This document shows positions 59,905-64,000 of a stretch of DNA of 64,000 nt, in pieces. A program made the position numbers and the translations under genes. The stretch is from the NCBI RefSeq assembly GCF_964204645.1, contig NC_134033.1, forward strand, positions 3,554,131-3,618,130, read 5' to 3'. Source of the stretch: Tubulanus polymorphus. Its lineage: Eukaryota; Animalia; Nemertea. The first letter of the stretch is position 1. Each line of letters starts with the position of its first letter. The notes under the pieces were generated by a model. It was not told the DNA's origin, searched no databases, and saw only the letters and a program-made list of their open reading frames with translations.

Positions 59905-62878
59905 TCAACATCTTCGATCCATTGTCATCGCTTCGAAATCCGCAACCGGCTGATTTATCTTCGCGGCCAGTTTTTGTTTTTGGCGCATTTTGTGCACGCA
60001 GCAACCGATCGCGATAAGAGTTATCAACGCCGATATACCTCCCAACGAGGTTATCACCGTAATAAGCAGTTCGTATTGATTTGCGGCTCGAGTTGGAGGT
60101 TTGGCGAGAAGTGGAGTAGTTTTTCTGGAAGGTTGGTCGGTTGAAGACGATCCAGTACCGGTAGTTGTAGCGGGTTGATTAGTTGAAGTCGGTTGCGTAG
60201 CCGATGGTTGAGCTGTGAATTGAGTAGTTGGTCGCGTCCTTGATTTAACGGACTGCTTTGATGTAGGAGCTGGTTTAGTTGTAGGAGCTGGTGTAGTTGT
60301 AGGAGCTGGTGTAGTTGTAGGAGCTGGTGTAGTTGTAGGAGCTGGTGTAGTTGTAGGAGCTGGTGTAGTTGTAGGAGCTGGTGTAGTTGAAGGAGCTGGT
60401 GTAGTTGTAGGAGCTGGTGTAGTTGTAGGAGCTGGTGTAGTTGTAGGAGCTGGTGTAGTTGTAGGAGCTGGTGTAGTTGTAGGAGCTGATGTAGTTGTAG
60501 GAGCTGGTGTAGTTGTAGGAGCTGGTGTAGTTGTAGGAGCTGGTGTAGTTGTAGGAGCTGGTGTAGTTGTAGGAGCTGGTGTAGTTGTAGGAGCTGGTGT
60601 AGTTGTAGGAGCTGGTGTAGTTGAAGGAGCTGGTGTAGTTGTAGGAGCTGGTGTAGTTGTAGGAGCTGGTGTGGTGCCAGCTTTAAGCGATTGATCGACG
60701 CTTTGCGCTTTGAAATCGTATTTAACGACGCACGGTTTCGGAGTGCCTTCGTCCGACGCTTCCACATAAATGATAAACCCTCCGGACGGAATTCCCCTCG
60801 TGACGGTTATCGATCCGTCTGAGGCGTTTATATTCAAACTAGACGCGTGCATCGTATTACCGGATATAGAATAGACGACCGTGCCGTTATTCCCAGAATC
60901 CTCATCGGTCGACGTCACTTGGACGATCGGGGCAGACGGAATCTCGTTCGCGGCGAAACTCACCGGCGCTGGAATCGGCGAGAATTCAGGACAATTGTCG
61001 TTTTCGTCTAGGATATCGACGGTCAGGGTCGCCGTGGTGCTTTTAGGAGGGAAGCCTTTATCCATAGCAGTAACGCTGATTAGGACACGGCCGCCGGACG
61101 CGAGGTAACGTTCGCGGTCGATCATCCCGATCGTGGAGATCGCTCCGTCTTTCGAATCGATGCCGAATGACGGGTTCGATCCAGTCGTCGATATCGAGTA
61201 GAAGATTTCCGCGTTCGGTCCGGATCCGTCGTCGTCGGTGGCCGTCGCGTTAAATACCGACGTTCCCAGACGACAGTTTTCGATCAGCGGAACGACTGCC
61301 CATGGAATCCCGGTAAAAACTGGATTGTTGTCGTTCGAGCTGGTCGTCTGACTGCAGTCGTTACCGTAAAAGCCGGTTTTACACTCGCACGTATTTTCAT
61401 CGACGCAGACGCCCGAATGCTGACACGGAGTCGAACACGTGGCCACGTCACATTTCAACGATGAGTTCCACCTGCTGTCGCAGGCGCAAACATCGAAACC
61501 CGTGCAAATTCCGTGTCCTAGAAAACATTAGAAATAGAGGGAATATATTAGTAAACAAGTAACTTGTAAAATCTTCTGAATTTAAGGGACCTGCTTTGAA
61601 GATCTGTGTTTAGAAGACCGAGGCCTGATTAGAGAACGAATGTGCAGTTCTTAGGAACTGGGAGGAGCCATGGAGGTCAGGGTTCCAGTTGAGGAGAAAA
61701 GATCTCAGTTTAGGAAACCAAGGCCAGGCTCGAAGAATCAGAGCAAGTTTGTGAGAACCAGGAGCAGGACCAGTTTAGCGGACTAGGGCAGAGTTTAGAT
61801 TAACAGGACCCGGTTTGAGTAAAGGAACCAGTTTCGAGGGCCAGGAATAACTTATCTAACCAGACTAAACGTTACCTGAACATTTCTGTATCGATTCGCA
61901 GCTGAAGCCGTCGCAGATCGTTCCGTTAAAACCGACGAAACAGTCGCACAGATTCGCTTCTTTACATCGACCGTGACCGGAACAATTTTTAACTTTATCA
62001 CACCTCGCGAATTCACACCGCGTTCCGTAGTAACCCGTGTAACAACTGTAAGAAGAAAAGCGAGACTCGAAATGAATTCGCAGTTTGGGATCTTCCACTT
62101 GGAAGGTACGCTTAAAAATTTGAATTTTCAACCCCTTTCGATTCCAAACTAGGTATCTTCGATTTAGTTTTCAACAAAATTATAGAAATTTGACTTCTAA
62201 AATAGTAGTTTGATTGAATTTAAAGACTATTTTGGGAGTATTTTGATATTTTGGAGAAATAGAGCTCTTTTAGTGGTTACTCTCAAGTTGTAGTTCAGGT
62301 TTGCTATTCTTTCCAATTCTTTGAGCATTATTGTGCGCATGTGCACTAACTCAGGGTGGTTACAATACAATTTAATTTGCTCTACCCCTGACTATTTAAG
62401 TCTCATTCTATCGACTAGAATCTCAATCTATGAACACAGACGAATACGTGAAACTATTAGCGTTCTTTACAAAATTCTTTTTTCAAGAGGAAATAATTCC
62501 TCCACTTTCCCTGTTTTCCAGATAAGTATAATCTATCCCATACCACCATTTTCGCTAATCCCCTCCTTCGCCCCACCGTAAGTGAACGTTTTAACCCGTT
62601 TGTAAATATTGTACGCGCGCACCTGCAGCTGGATTCTGAGGTCGTTTCGTTTTTCAAACAGATGCCACGGTTACTGCAGTCGTTGTTGTTCGGGCAGAGC
62701 GCCATCTGGCTGCAGTCGAGCGAGGTATAGCCGTCGTTGCAGGTACAGTTGTTCGGCGTGTTGCACGACCCGTGTTGGGAACAGTCATTCAGAGCGGAGC
62801 AGTCCGGCGTGGAGCACGCCGTACCCGTCCAATCCGGATAACAGTGACACACGTCGAAACCGATACACACACCCCGAC
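59905..62878 (-). CDS. Type I membrane protein: tenascin-like EGF repeats, two cadherin domains, PAPTTT mucin stalk, TM, short tail (5' partial)
   Basis: Exons 62878-62623, 62045-61876, 61517-59905 with consistent phases (1,2,1). CSGHGxC EGF repeats; cadherin motifs NDNNPVF, ATDDD, IDRE, AMDKGFPP, DENDNCPEF; TM LLITVITSLGGISALITLIAIGCCV. Confidence 0.9.
60262..60672 (-). repeat. Coding 18-bp minisatellite (PAPTTT) about 23 copies
   Basis: GGAGCTGGTGTAGTTGTA repeated on the plus strand. Confidence 0.97.
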
Positions 62879-64000
62879 CTGAAAACAACCAAACAGTTTT
62901 CATTATAAACACGAACGAAAAAAAACATGGCTAACTGATCGAATCACCCTATGACATCATCAATTTCCTTATTGATACATCCATAAACAGACGAAGGCTG
63001 CCTTCATAAATCCCTCTACGAAATATTCATCAAATTGTCAAATAACATTGATAAACTTCACAGAATAGATTCTCCTTAAAAACATAATTAAATCGATAAT
63101 TATAGAGTGACCTCTTCCCGAGTCCCCCTTTGATATTATCAGTTTGCCTGTAATTTCTATCTATAAACCGTACCGGAAAAGATGACCACCTTGTCTAAAT
63201 AAACCTATATGACATCATAAGATTTATCAGATCATTCCAGGAAAGATTGATGCTCCATAAATACCCCTATGACATCACAGATTGAATCGCCTACTGGTGA
63301 TTTATTGACACTGCCAAATATCCCAAAGAATCAAAGAATCCCCCAATAATTTCATTTTATAAATGACAATGCCTTGTAATTAGATCTAATGCCCTTTTCA
63401 GATACATGTAAAACACCAATAAACCACCATATGACATCATCAAATAGCATTGCAATTCATTCAATCATCTATAAACATTTCTATCATCAACAGACATGCC
63501 CCATCAATCCCATATGACATCAATTAACAATTTACTCAAACCTACCGGAACAGTAGTTCATTTTTTCACATGTAGGGGTCGCGCAGTTAGATCCCGCCCA
63601 ACCCGTGAAACAGCGGCAGACATCGAAATCGACGCAATCTCCGTGACCCGAACAGGACGATACATTTCCGCAAGTGACCGCTACGCTACAATCAGCACCT
63701 TATAAAAACAAAGCTTTAATGTTAATCAGATAATTATTGTTTTCCTTCCAAGCATTTTTCAAAGGGGAACCTGTAACACTACTCTGGCAAGTGAGGATCC
63801 ACAGTGACTAAGTAAAGCGATTTCTTTTCTGAATGTCGATTAAATTGAATGAACTCTCCTTATCTTTAAGTACACAATCATCAATGAAAACTATACCCAA
63901 CATGGGGAGCCAAATAGTGAATCTTATATCTCATTTGTTAAATTTCGGACTCGGAGTTCTAAAATTTCAGATCAAAGATCATAGAAATTGAGATTACGAT

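Noticed and set aside
60054-60767. 237-aa (LLQLHQ)n ORF
   Set aside because: Alternative frame of the PAPTTT minisatellite; the other frame carries the cadherin and TM domains.

Overview
AT-rich, intron-containing animal genomic DNA; the gene families and repeats suggest a marine invertebrate, probably a lophotrochozoan (inference). No prokaryotic operons or CRISPR arrays. Host genes reconstructed by hand with GT-AG splice phases: a CUB/C-type-lectin/LDLa receptor-like gene cut by a DNA transposon, a secreted two-PAN/apple-domain protein, two single-coding-exon rhodopsin-type GPCRs, a tandem pair of Methuselah/adhesion-like family-B GPCRs, a NACHT(NLR)-type immune receptor, and the 3' part of an EGF-cadherin-mucin membrane protein. 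The standout is the NLR: it splices in frame to an upstream exon made of ten 63-bp repeats, each encoding a RHIM-like amyloid motif (INVENAEIVQIG), giving a predicted RHIM-array NLR of about 1220 aa. The mobile DNA includes an ISL2EU-like element with a spliced SAP-SWIM gene, an apparently intact LINE whose ORF1 and ORF2 are in frame across one TAG, inverted Penelope-type hammerhead ribozyme pairs, MULE- and Harbinger-type MITEs with target-site duplications, a MITE-derived satellite and a possible Polinton relic. Family names come from motif recognition only; no database searches were run.
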